From NCBI GenBank assembly GCA_036172245.1, contig JAYWIR010000005.1:3472001-3536000 (forward strand): DNA of 64,000 nucleotides. The letters run 5' to 3'. The notes under the pieces were generated by a model. That model was not told the DNA's origin and did no database searches. It saw only the letters and a program-made list of their open reading frames with translations. The translations under genes and the position numbers were made by a program. This document shows, one piece after another, positions 1 to 13,019 of this stretch. The stretch's first letter is position 1. Each line of letters opens with the position of its first letter. Source of the stretch: Raillietiella orientalis (Eukaryota).

Positions 1-2630
1 TCATATCAGCAGATGACACGAATCAGAAGGGAAACCTACGCGTTGTGGAAGAAGCCATAGTAACGGTTTCCAGGGTATCCGGGCAGGAGAAATTATTCTC
101 CTGTACTCTCACACCTTACAAAGAATCTCATGTTCCATCACTTCTGCTCAAAGAAGAAGAAGAAGGAAAGAGGCAAATTCTTTGATTACATACAAGATGC
201 AATGATGTCTGTCTGTCTTGACGTCTTCATTTGGACGCATTATCTAGGACAGTTTTGTAAGCAACAAAATAAGATTGAACGCTTCCACCCATCCTTTAAA
301 GGTAAATTTGCCAACGGTACATTCCGAGTATATTAAAGACTAGTTGGAAGTAATGGAAAGGTACAGATGAGAGGCGAAAGGTGGACCTTGACACGTTCCA
401 CAGCTCGCATCAGACGCATCTGCAGGAGGTGCTCCAAATGCACTCCTCCTTCAGACAGCTCCTTCATCTCGTTGAACAGGAGATCGGGGTACAGCGTCCA
501 CACGACGTCATGGCGTTTCATTTTGCCAGGACGAAGCTTGGAACAGGAGGACACGTTCGTGTTCATTTAATACACGAAGAAACCCCGCTTCCGGCCATCG
601 ATTCTCATAATCTGAGTGGTACGCTTGCTTACTAACCAACTGGATGGAAACATCAACCTCTCCTGGACAGGTTTTCGTGTCCTCCGCCTCTTCAATATGG
701 CGTAAGTCCTGTGTGTTCTTCATGCCACTCAGAAACCAAAACGCCTCCATTCGTTGATCCGATCCACCTGCAAGAATTTCATCCCAAGTTTACAAGTGTG
801 GATCAACTGACAATCAGTGACACAAGAATGTGCTCCTCGGAATCAAGAAAATGCATCAGAAGACATTGGAATTGGTGAAGAAGACGTCGGGACAGATTTC
901 CAGAATCCGCCCCTCGGCAGCCTTTCCGGATTTCCAAAACAAGTTACTTCACATTCACTTGAACACCCAATCACACATGCATACGAGAATGTGCTACCCG
1001 CATAGCCTCAGCAAGTCTTTGGGCTGTAGCATTAAAATCACGAGTCTCCGTTTCCGAGTCCTCGTGAGCGTCCGCATGGACATCCATGAATGTTTTTGTC
1101 TTTGTAAAGAACTGAATATAGGGCAATCAATTATACACTGCACATTTCGGTATCACATCCACGGCGAACTATCCTTAGCATTTTGGGGAATGGATTTCCG
1201 TGAGTTTCTCTTCTGCAGTATGCAATTCCGGTAACTCGTCAAATCACTTTTGGTCACCTCTTGGTCTGCTGAGCTCAGGTGAGACATCCAACATCTATGG
1301 GCATTCAGGACTGTCTGTATACCGAGCTTGATAAGATATGGTGTGGCAAAAACTGCTAGCAACGTTTGGATGACGACAGAGTGTATGGGTGGATGGTAAT
1401 GCGAGGGAGAAACACCTCGGTGACCAATGTCATAAGGAATTTCGAAAACCGTGTCGGTTACGATGCACCGAAGACCAGAATGCGACTCACAACACTCAAT
1501 GGTGTCACTGCTTACGATTTCTCCTAAAGCAAAATGGAAATAGGACTGCCCAAAACGTACAGAATGCTTAGTTCAAAGGGAAAAACGATGTCGGAATGTA
1601 CCACAGCTGCGCAACACCCAATTATACGTCCGTTATGCATGGTGCTTCGTCCTAACGTTCATTTTTTTCCAATGTTCAAATTCCTCTACGAAAATGGAAC
1701 AGTAGATTACCATTTACCCCATTTTGAAATAAACAACAAATAATCTATTGAAAAAATCAGAAATGCCAAGTACAGTTTTAGAAATGAAATGACTTCCTTG
1801 AAATAACATGAAATTATGAAGCAATCATTACCTATAACTTGCCTTCCTACTCTATCAACCTAAGCATGATTGATGTATTGGACATAGTTGTAGTGATTGC
1901 CACATTGTCAATATTGTCATTTCATCTCCTGATGTGGAGAACAAAGTTCGTCAAGCAATGATCTGACATGAGATGCAGCTGCCGTTTTAGACCGACGTTT
2001 GCTCTGACTGCAAGATTGATCTCCAACCTGCATCCCTGCCTGTTGTGTAGGTGGATGAATTAGTTGGCGACGAGTAAGCGACCACGCTCGTATGAAAAGT
2101 GTCTCTCGACCACAATACAATCGAATGCATGATATGACTTTGCCTTGATAAGGACGGTTCTCGATCAGGCATCATCTTGTCTCTCTTCGTTCCCTGGTGA
2201 GTGTTCTCACCACTAGAGTCTGTCGGAGTTTTCCACTATTCAATTCTTCACTACCATGAGTAGAGTTTCTCGAGAGAGCTCGGAAGCAGTGGGTCAAGAG
2301 AGGTGAACGGTCTGAGGCGGCTATCTGCCAAAAACGAATTTTGTTTCTTCATAAGGTTCACAGGGACGAGACGTCCTTTGGCTCGTCCATACTTTTCGTC
2401 TTCTTTGGGGAGTGGGAGACAAGGATGGCTCACCATCACTTCTGAATCCTCTAGTTAATAATACTGTCTTTATTGTGCGCCCCAAATCGCTGATCTCTGG
2501 ATACAACAAATGCGGAAAAGAAAGGGTTTTTATAGCATCCATTTTTGTCCTTCGAGTTAGAAAATCTTCCGGATGAGCACTGAGCATAGAATTTATTGGC
2601 AGTTGGCAATGGACGCGAGTCGCAGTTTGT

Positions 2631-4552
2631 TTGGAACTACACTGCACTACACCTTGCTTCAAAGAGAACTACTACCTTGCTGTTCAAAGAGAACATGAAA
2701 AAGTGGTTAGGCTACTTTTAAAGTGTGGAGCTAATGTTAATGCTCAAGATGAGTATGGTAGTACTGTACTACGCATTGCAGTTGTACTAGCACATGAAAA
2801 GGTGATTAAGGTGCTTTTAGCATGTGGAGCTAACATTCATGCTCAAGATAAGGATGGTCAAACTTCACTACACTGTGCTGTTAGAGTAGGATGTGAAAAA
2901 GTGGTTAGGCTACTTTTAGGGTGTGGAGCTAACATTCATGCTCAACACAAGGATGGTAAAATGGCCTTATGCTTTGCTGTTGAAAAAGGATGTTCAGTTA
3001 TTATTAAACATATTTTAAAGCATTGTCTTGATGTGAATAACAAAAGTAAGAGGAGTGCTCTTAAGATTGCAGTCCTTGGCCATGGGAAAGAGTATGGCAA
3101 GATTGTTGAAACTGCTTCAGTATGGTTTTAATGTCAATCCTGATGATGTAAATAATTGTGAATTCCTGCATTTTGCTGTTGGTAAAGGATGTTCGAAAAT
3201 TGTTAAAAAAACTACGAAAGTACGCTACTGATGCTAACATGCCAAACAACTTGGCATGGAGTTATACGCCTTTGCATGTGCAGCTGATAATAAATACAGG
3301 AGGAGGTTGCCAAACTGTTGATTAGAAATGGGGCTGATGTAAATGCTAAAAGCAGAGGTGGTTTGATGCCAATATTTTTTGCTGTTCGTAATTCCGATTG
3401 GGAAATTACCAAGCTACTTCTAACTAATAAGGCTAATGTAAAAGATAATCCTCAACTACTGTATGTTGCTGCTCCACAAGGGTGCAGAGAAGTTGTTGAA
3501 GCCCTTTTGCAACATGGTACTATTTTCGATACTAGTGATGAACATATAAAAACGGCATTGCATTTTACTGCTTCAGGAGAGAAATTTCCTTATTTCAACG
3601 TTAAGGGAGAAATTGCGAAATTGCTTTTGAGTATAGGAGCTAATATAAATGCTAAAACTAATGAGGGTACGACACCCTTTCATGAAGCTGCTCAACAAGG
3701 TTGTCCAGGAGTTGTTGAGGTTCTCTTGGAATTTGGAGCCATAGTTGATTTGAAAGATGAAAGTGGTAGGACAGCACTTCACATGGCTTCTAAAGGAGGA
3801 TATGAGAAGATTGTTGCCATTCTTCTAGATCATGGCTCTGATATTAACATCCCCTGTAAAAATAATTATACAGCACTTGATTTTCTATGAATGGTATCAG
3901 AAATCTTGAGCAGCTACCCTACAATGATGACCCTATGATGGATGTAGATGATGATTACTTAACTGAAGCTCTTGGTTATTCGTGTGAAACAATTACTGAA
4001 TTTCTTATGCACCACATACTTAAGATGAAAACTGCAAATTTGTATGTAAATGGAAGAAATTTACAATTACTTCATAGTGACTCTCTAGCTGAAATAAGCC
4101 ATTTTGAGAGTTTATGTAAGGAAGAAATGAAGTGCCTGAAGAGTGAGAAGCTTGGTAATTCTAACGCCTCATTTTATGACATCTTGACAAAAAATATGGA
4201 CCAATTAACAATCCTCTTGGGAAATGAAGATATAGTACAAGTCTTGAGATTGGACGATTATAAAATGAACTTTCCAACATACGCCAGTATGATGAATAAC
4301 CGTTTCAGGAAGGGTGCAAAAAGGAGGGAATTGCTAGAGCAACTCTACAAAAATCGGCACTTCTTCCCTGTGTTATCTCATGACTGTGCTGAAAAGGTAC
4401 CTTGCTATCTAAGCAACGAAGATTTAAGAATTTTAGTAGTTGCTTATCAGCCTACTTATGCTGGTGGGCTTGATGGTACTATTGAGAATGTGGCAGCCAA
4501 TTCAAGTATGTCCAAAACGTCAGGCTTGCTTCGTAATTTCTTGTTATTTTAA
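2631..4552 (+). pseudogene. Ankyrin-repeat protein with C-terminal PRANC/F-box-like domain, frameshifted and apparently 5'-incomplete
   Basis: ORFs 2631-3131 and 3318-3890 carry many ankyrin repeats (GANVNAQDEYGSTVLRIAV, GQTSLHCAV, GTTPFHEAA, GRTALHMAS). An intervening frame (~3112-3280) reads LLQYGFNVN...EFLHFAVGKG...YTPLHV. ORF 3887-4552 has PRANC-like CKEEMKCLK..FYDIL..FPTYASM..R..KG..RRELL..CYLSNEDL. At least 3 frameshifts; no introns seen. Confidence 0.85.
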
Positions 4553-7148
4553 GGAAGTTATCTCATTTATAAAATTCTACTCGGCATTTCTGATTTTATC
4601 AGTGTATTGTCGATGTGCTATGTTACACAGTCAAGGACTTGATGTATATTTTTCAAAAGTGATCCCTTGGGACGATTTTTGAGTTTTCACACCATTTTTA
4701 CAGTGGGTATTTCAATTTGTTGAATACCAGAAAATCATATATCTGTTTGGAGAAAATTCAATGTTTGAGAAAGCTCATCTCTTAGACTGATCTTGCACAA
4801 AGCCATCACAACGATCAGCCACAGATGTGTGAATGATTTTCACAACGTGAGGTTTTCTTTGCTTCCCCATTTTGTATTCCGGGCGATGGCATCTCATGCC
4901 GTTGAACTGAGATGCTGACTCATGCAAAGGCGTGTCGATTGCATTTACTGTGGAAAATACACGAAACGGATGAAACGTATTTTACATTCCGAGTAAATAC
5001 CACAATCCATTTGCATGATTACTACCCCTGCGCCACCGATAAATATCAAAACTGCAGCCAACGAAAGCTCAATCCTTGCGAGAAATGACTTCTCAATTCA
5101 CATCCGCTAAAGAAATAACATTCCCGCATTCACATGAACCTTGGAATTCCTGCACGCTTTTTTTTTTTTTCATGTTTCATAGCACACGCCAAAATTTTCC
5201 TCATCTCGAATTCTGAGCCCCTCCTCATGTTCAGAACATTGCTATGTAGTTAAATAGAGCAAAAACTTGATCATATTATAAATTGCTATCCATAAGGTTT
5301 TTTTCCAAGTGTACGCAGTCTCCAGAAGTGCCATCTAAATAGTACATATACCGGTGAGTGCTGATGCACTTTGTACTCTTCCATTGTCGTTTTGTTTCGC
5401 AAAGTTTCAGAGGAATTGGAAATTCAATAGGTGGCAAATGTGGTTTTGCTTTAAGGGTGCCCAGAGGTTCAGTGAGGCATCACCTGCTCCTCTGCGACTG
5501 CGGATCAGATGAACAATTGGTTTACCGATCCGCAGCAGAGGAAGAACGGAGCTTTTGCTTCGTCCATTCTTTGATCCGTTCGTCCGAAATCTTTGCATCG
5601 GTATGTGCGAACCGAGCGACCCCTTAAGCAAGTTCCTCTCTATTCTGCGGTCACTTGTGTCCACTTGCCCCCATACATCCGGATTCTTGGTCCCTGGCAT
5701 GAACCGGTCGACAGGGGAGCGCCCGTGCCTTGTCGAAAGCGCGTTATCCCGTCCCTGAGGTTCCGCCGTCCCCATTTGCTCAATTATCGCTTCCTATCCT
5801 TTCACATTTTCGTGGTTGCCCTCCTCGCGCACACGATTTCTCTTTTTTTTTTTCGCATTTTGCTGTTCTGTGCAGCCTTCGGTATCCCAGGAAGCGGTCC
5901 GCAGCACCTGCTCGCTTTCTAAGAAAAAGGGACGGGGCCGCATTGGATTTTGCATGCGGCTGCTGGATCGAGGGGAGTTGCTAGGCTCGGGTCTCGTTCG
6001 GCGGGAACGTTTGTCAGGGAGGCACAGGAAGTGCGGTGGGTTTCTCGGAGAAAATCCTGGATTCATCAGGAGAAATCTGAGTGGGAACAAATCTGGATGC
6101 GCCGTCGCGACTCCATGCTGTTCTTGAGCCCAGAGGACAGGCAGATGAAGGGCGTTCACATCCTCGTTAAGAACATAATCACGCACATCGTCGTGGAATC
6201 CTTTTCTTCTTGGTCCCGTGGTATGGTCCATGTTCGGATGCCCTGTTCTGGAGCAGTTCACCTATTCCTGGTAATTGTGAACGGACCCCTATCGCACAGC
6301 TTCAGCACCGGTGTGCTGAAGCTGTGCGAGATCTCCTGCTCAGCTGGGCCGCACCTATGGACACCGTCGTCGTCGTGGGCGACCTGAATACCCCGGGCAT
6401 CACGATCAAGTCCAGAAATATCGGGGTAAAGTTGGGGCATCGGCAGCTTTCTGAAGAGTTCGAACTGCTACGTTTTGACGGTCAGCCACTAGTCCATCCA
6501 CCAAGTGCTCTACAGTCAAGGCATCGTGCTGGCAACCGCGTGCAGAGATTCCTAAACATGCAGACATTGCTCTCGGCCCGCCCCTTGCTGCGGTTCACAC
6601 TGAAAAGAAAACCCCGGAAACAGACAAGCACCATGACAGCACTCATCTGCGTGTCTGCCTGGCTCGAAACGCTTCCCTGTCACCAGAAAATGATAGAATC
6701 AATCCCGCGGGACACCACAAGGGTCGAGGACGGGACAGATTGGAGCACACCATCCACGTATTTTGAAACGCGCAATTTGGAAACAGGAAGATGTGGCAGG
6801 AAACTTACCAAGAGCAAAGCATCCAACATCACTTCCTTTCCAGCTGCTGGGATCAGGACGTGAGGCGGTACCTCTTAAGCAACGTTAAAGGGGAAGTCGA
6901 CGTGCAGGAGAAGAAGAATCTGGTGATGGATATCTTCTGCACCCAGCAGCAGGGCCAGCTGCGTAAGACATCGGAAGAAATAGCGGAGGCGTTCCACCAA
7001 CATGACACCTCCCACTTTCCACGTGGAAAACTCCCAAGAAGCGAGCAGGATGTTCTTCTGCGATGCTTGCTGGATCGACTCAGCAGGCAACAGCAGGAAG
7101 GTCTAGAAGAGGAAATCTGCATGGAAGAAGTGAAGTAGACATGCAGCG

Positions 7149-7354
7149 GACTCCGCAAGAATGTGGCTGCAGTCCCTGACCGCATGCTCATCTCTTATTC
7201 GCAGCATTACGAGCACACCTACCTGCGGTTGTTCCACGAGCTAATGCTTCGCATCCAAGAAGAACGGAGGCTCCCCGAGTCGTTCCACGGGAGCAGGATG
7301 AGGCTGCTACCAATGAGAGGAGGTTTGACCAAGGTCAACCAATAGAGGCTCATC
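7149..7354 (+). repeat. Left copy of ~205-bp direct repeat flanking the RLE element
   Basis: Aligns with 10241-10444, including an identical ~70-bp core ggaggctccccgagtcgttccacgggagcaggatgagg...gaccaaggtca. Confidence 0.9.
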
Positions 7355-10240
7355 TTTTTTTTATTGAATTAATTTTGATACAACTGCAGAATCATTCCCC
7401 TTGGTTCTGCCTGCTCTTCCAACTTTTCCATTATGATTGCCGAACTGCTGTTTAGTTCGTAGTGGACTGGTCTTGGAGTTGTCCCTGTTTCATAATATAC
7501 TTATGGGGTCGCTCGCATCGTCGGGTGGATGACCTAGTCTGTGGGTCCAGTAGATATCCCTGCTTGCCCTAATGCAGCAGGATACACACAGTTTTCTCAA
7601 CTTTTTTACGTTGTTCTCTTTGATTCCTAGTAGTCGTAGTATGGTGTCGTTCCTGGATCCCACGATCCTAAGGCTTCCACGATGAATACTTGCATGGTGG
7701 CAGATTTCCCGGACTGGTTGATGCTGTGGATTAGAGTTTGGTATTTTTCTTCCTTGATTTTTCTTGCTTCTGTGAGCGCATTTTCCTTGCCTTCGAATGG
7801 GCAAGTAACGTTCACTATGATCCACTTTCCATGTTTTTCCATGAGTATGAGATCCGGCCTCAACAGGAAATCGACTCCAGGTATACTCTGGTCCACTGTT
7901 AATAGCTTGCATCCTCCTACCTTTGTGGCAACAGTTTGCAGTTTCAGCGCGAGTGCATTCCGTCGAGAAATGTACATGGGGAAATGCATTACGCAATAAT
8001 GCAATATGTGCGGTAATGTCTCATCCTGACAGTTGCATCTTTGGCATATGCGATCGGCTGGTAATCTTCTTGCTGCTCCTCTTATAGGCAGGGCGTTTAG
8101 CCCTGCGGCGTGGATGAAGCGGTAATAAGCGAACCGAATGTGGTCCCCCGAAGTAAGGAAGTAGCTGGAATCCTTATGTAATCCAACGCTGCGCATGGCT
8201 TTCCCTTGGTCTGAGTGATTTTCTATCAAGGAAAGACACACCTTTTCGCGTTGGATGGATCGGATGTTAGCCACGAATTTCCTCCTCACCGTACTATCCA
8301 GAACTACTCCATGTATTCTTACTTTTGGTTCAGCGGTTTCAAATTCCCATGTTGCCTTAGTGAGATTTGAAGCTTGCCTAGCCGTTGTCCATGGGCTCAA
8401 AATGTCCCCGCTTCTTCTTTCAAATTTCCCTTTGCTTTCCCCTGGAAGGAATTGACCGGCTTCTCCTTCCGTGGGTTGTTGAAGTATTTTCTTTGCTAAC
8501 ACCCCACGCAAAGATTTTCCGGCATGATTTCTACCGATTTGGTTTGGCGATGTTAGTAACTTAAAACAGCTGTCCATGATGAAGGTGCAGCTTCATCCGA
8601 CAGCCCCTTGAGTCCAAGGCACATTTTTTTCTAGTCACCGTAGATGTATTCGTTCGCAGAAGTCGGAGGGTGGTGGATTCACTAGCCGCTTTATCTTGAT
8701 GTCCAGGTTTTTCCAGTCGGAGTTTGGATGCATCCCTAGCCTCTTGAAGTGGATGAGGCTGGGGAAGAAGAATACTTTCAGTGCATCCAACTTTTGCCAA
8801 GGTGACAGTCCGGATGATAGAATTTCTTCCGCTTTTAGAAAGATATCTTCCTTTGTAGGTTGCTTGTTGAAGATGTCGATTCCGAATGGCGTTCCGAGGT
8901 ACTTGTTGGCTTCCGAAAGTTCAATGTTCGAAATGCAACCATTTTTAAGTTGGATCTTCATGTGTTTTAGGCCTTTTGGTGTTTCTCCACCGCAGAACAG
9001 TGTTGCGCACTTCGTGGGGTTGCTGCGAGTCCAACTCTTTCCAGCAGTAATTGCATGTGGACTATTCGTTTTTCAGTTCCTCTTCGTTGTCAGCAAGGAT
9101 CACGAAATCGTCTGCGCAAGCCAGTACGCTGTCTTCGCCGTAGGATTCTTGAATTGTTCTGATTACAGGCTCTATGGACCACATGAAGAGCAAGGAGTTC
9201 AGGGGATATCCTTGCTTTACTCCCCTCCGCAATTTTAACAGTCTTGTGACTGCGGACTTTACTCGGATCAACGGCGTGCTGTCTTCATACAGGTCTTTGA
9301 CGTGGGTAATGAACTACTCACCCGTTCTTGTTTTTTCGAGATTCCTAACAGAAACTGTGCGAGATGTTCCCAAATACGTTTGTATGATCAATGAAGAATA
9401 GTCCTAGATCTTTGCTACATCTTCTCGCGTTATCCAAACGCGTTCGCAGGTTGGAATATTAATCCAGGACACCATCAACTGGCGTGAAATCTTCCTGCTG
9501 AGGGCTTAAGACTTCATTGTTTATAAGCCACTCTTTAGTTCTTGAGGAAAGGCATTTTGCGTGCAATCTGTATATGCTGTTACCAATGGAGATCGGTCTC
9601 TAATCTTCCAATTCCTGGAACGTCCTCCCTGGTTTCGGGAGCAGAACGGTTTTTGCAATTCCAGGAGGGAATTCTCATTGTTTTCAATAAAACGTTAAAT
9701 ATAGGTATAATCACATCGCAGTTAGGATCCACTTTCCTCCATCCTGCGTATGTGATTTTATCCGTTCCCGTGTTGGAGTTCCCTGCTTTTCTCAGATTTG
9801 CTACCTCTTTGGTGGAGAAGAGATCCATATTCATAGGCATCCGAAAGCATGGATCTCTTGATTCCTACCTAGTGGAATGTTTTCCATCAGGTTTCCATCC
9901 TCTACTCTGAAGATTTCTAGTTCCTGATGAAAGCAGTCCGCTATTTTTTGGGTGCCGAGTGAGCACACGGTGTTTTTGTGTCCGAATATCGTCCTTATCG
10001 CTCCTCTTCTGTTCATGCTGCATAGTTTTTGGATTTATTTTTTATTTAGGTGGTTTATCACCGGCTTCCTCTTAAAAAGTTTCGGTTCTTTTATTTTCAG
10101 AATAGTTTTTACTTTAGATATGAAATTTTCGTATGTCACCTCAAAGTCGTTCCAGCATATGTTCTCCGATTCATATATGGCAGGAAAATGCTCTTTTTCA
10201 ATTGGCAGTATCGTAGAGGGATTGGTTTCCTTAGTCCTTC
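7355..10240 (-). mobile_element. 5'-truncated, degraded RLE-type (NeSL/Utopia-like, R2 group) non-LTR retrotransposon
   Basis: Minus-strand fragments: GTDKITY (9580-9840), RGVKQGYPL and VLACADD (9062-9271), KYLG..LSPWQKLDALKVF (8635-8961), CQRCNCQDETLPHILHYC and RPDLI...IIVNVTCPFE...KEEKY RLE core (7627-8577). AATAAA/poly(A) at 7355-7365. Confidence 0.88.
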
Positions 10241-10444
10241 GACTCCGCGAGGATGTGACTGCAGACCCTGACTGCGTGCTCATCTTACTGTCAGCATCAC
10301 GAGCACACCTACCTGCGAATGTTCCACGAGTGGGCTCTTTGTATACAAGAAGAATGGAGGCTCCCCGAGTCGTTCCACGGGAGCAGGATGAGGCTGCTAC
10401 CAATGAGAGGAGGTTTGACCAAGGTCACTCAATAGCGGCTCATC
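10241..10444 (+). repeat. Right copy of ~205-bp direct repeat flanking the RLE element
   Basis: Aligns with 7149-7354. Confidence 0.9.
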
Positions 10445-13019
10445 TTTATGTTGAACACGGACACCAAATGGTTGGCTAAGATCAACGCCAACCGCCTAAG
10501 GAAGACCAAGGAATACGACTTCACGACGATACAGACTGCCGCACCTAAGGTATGCGGACGATCTGCTCTTTTTCCTGAAAGACGAGAGGGATCGGCATGA
10601 GTTCCTCGGTGTCGTCGTGTCCCTGGAAAGAGGCCTGGGCTTGCGGATGGACGCTTAGTAATCATCCCAGCTATTGCCCATCGGAATACTGGATTTCTCC
10701 GCCGCCTTAACGGAGGAAGGATTCCGAGTCGTGCACGAGATCAAGTGCCTGGAAATCCACATCCGCAACGCCTCGGCTTCGCAACAGATATGGAAAGAAG
10801 GCCTTAGCACATCGAGAGAGGAGGATGCCAAATACGCCAGGCTTGACTCCTGCCTGAAGCAGAGGGTTAAACTGCAAAGAGGAGTCCTTCCCAAGGTGCT
10901 CTTTGGAGCGGCCTTCTGCCTATTGGACGAACGGAAGAGTAAGGAAACTGAACAGCTACAGCGGTAAGTACTTTGGAAACGTTGCAAGCCGCGGATCAGG
11001 CTAAAACTCTTGTGCCGACCGCGAGAGAAAGGCAGGGCAGGGAGGAAGTCGCTATAGCCATCCGTGAATCTCCTGGACGTGCGACAAATCCTGGATCTCG
11101 CCGTCAAATGGAATTAGTGACCTTATGCGGCGCACAGAGCCTTCTCTGGCCTCCCGAGTTGTTCCTGCATTTGCCAAACAACTCGTGAGGCCTGTTGTCT
11201 GTCCTTATAGGCAAACACGGAAAGTGGGAAGACATCGACGCGACTTGGAAGAGAAAGCAGGCACTGCTGAACAAGCACCAACTTGAAATTGTGCCAAGTA
11301 AGGAAATCTGGGTAGTCGAACTGGCCCTGTTCGTCCCATACTTCCTGTGCATTTCTCGTGACACCAGCAAGTGGATATTGCAGAGACTAAGGATGAACAT
11401 CGGGGACTGCGAGCAGTTGACCAGAAGCGCTACCTCCAGGAGATGCGATCCTTTCTCCTCACTACGAAGATAGTAGGACATACCTGGAAAAATCAGGAAT
11501 CCAACTGCTGGCGGCTGATCACCAGAGCAAACATCCGAGAAGCGGTAACCAAGAACCTGGACGAGCATGACGCTCCCAGCGCGGCCGCCAGCCGTTACGG
11601 ATGCCGCCAGGTAAACCTGCTGGCGGTTGGAATCACGGTCTGGACGAGCGACTTACCAATTGACACTCACGATGACCTCCTGATGTTTTATCACGGAGGC
11701 ATCCTGAGCGGCACGACGACGAAGCACTGGGCAGGAAACGTTCGGGATGACATGTGCAGGGCCTGCGGAGACAGAGAAGCCCAACTCCATATACTGACGT
11801 GCCCGACGCTGCGCGGCTACCGGGCCAAGCTGAAGCAGGTGACAAGCTTGCACACGATGAAGAAGATGGAGGTGCCGGCGGGGTTGTTTGAAGAAAACTG
11901 TAACGTTCCTCGATGCAATGGCGCTGGTTGGCCGAGACATTCGGGCGTAACACCGGTGGTCGTTTCAGCCGGAGCCCCCCGATGAAGGCCGGAACAATGA
12001 AATCCAACCTTCGGGTCCTCCCAGGAATAAAGGAGTGGGGAGTTCCCCCTCCAGTCGTACAACGGAGAGCGGACCACCCACACCGGGGGGGACCCCTCCG
12101 GTTTCAAGATGGAACAGGAGCCTTCACAGGCACCTCTCCAGTTGTTTAGAGGAGCGGACCCCCCTGTTTCGGGGAGACCCTCCGAGTCGTCGCCTCTTCA
12201 CAGAGTGCAAGGAAGCAAGTGAGAGTCCCATGCGGGAAGCTGCAGCTCCCCTTCTGAGTTTCGGAAGCGTCCCTTCGGGGTTCTCTTCAGAGGAGTGAAC
12301 AGGAGCCGTTCCCTTGTGGGCTCCCTCCGGAGAAGAAATTCCTACTAGCGGATCCTTTCCGGTTTTTTTCCGGAGAATATGAAATGGAGAGGACCATCCT
12401 CTTTCCGGGGGGGACCTTCGGTGAGAATGAAGTAGGAGATTCCCTTCGGAGACAACCAAGGTGGGAGATGCGATCCCTCCTCCCCAAGCGTGAGAGGAAC
12501 GGACTCCGAGTCTTCCTGGATTCATAGAGCGGACCCTTCCAGGGTGCCCCCCAATCTTGGAGAACACGCACCCTCCGCGGGTGGCGTGAAAGTGTTCGAG
12601 AGCCACGTGCGCCGCGAGGCACGCGACCGGCTCTCAAGGTACTTAGCGTACCAAAAAAAAAAAAAACCAATGCCCTATTCATCAGGAGCATCGTGATAAG
12701 AAGGGTAAAAATGCAGACTCTAATGAACAATACGCAGGCATTATATATCCTGCAAGGCTTATTAAAAAAGGAAATTAGGATCAGGAGCCGTGCAGGTATC
12801 CCCACTAAAACTGAGCGACCCCATTCCTGCAGAGTACATTTGAACGTGACACGCAAGTGACAATGAGTGACATTGAAAAACGCTTGTGAAAGTGAAAGTG
12901 AGCATCGGACTGTCGTACTGTCCAATGTTATGAATCTTGTGATCCCAAGCTGTTCAATAAATTCACCCCACCGCAAGGGAGAATGAGAAAACTGCCGCTT
13001 CGGCAGACATCTGGCCGTC

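Larger units (their letters stand above)
5570..12666 (+). mobile_element. Element P: heavily decayed APE-type non-LTR retrotransposon, split by the RLE element at 7355-10240
   Basis: Endonuclease-like GVHILV (~6150) and VVVVGDLNT (~6370). RT-entry motif LPESFHGSRMRLLP.RGG...NQ*RLI (7270-7354). C-terminal CRACGDREAQLHILTC (~11755). A14 run at 12653-12666 may be the tail. Ends are approximate. Confidence 0.6.

Noticed and set aside
1..2620. Short ORFs (60-134 aa) on both strands
   Set aside because: No recognisable domain or consistent exon structure. They could be exons or decayed repeats, but I cannot support a call.
12030..12560. G/C-run hairpin-like repeats (ggacccct...) after element P's zinc finger
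   Set aside because: No regular period or known RNA motif; probably decayed UTR of P.
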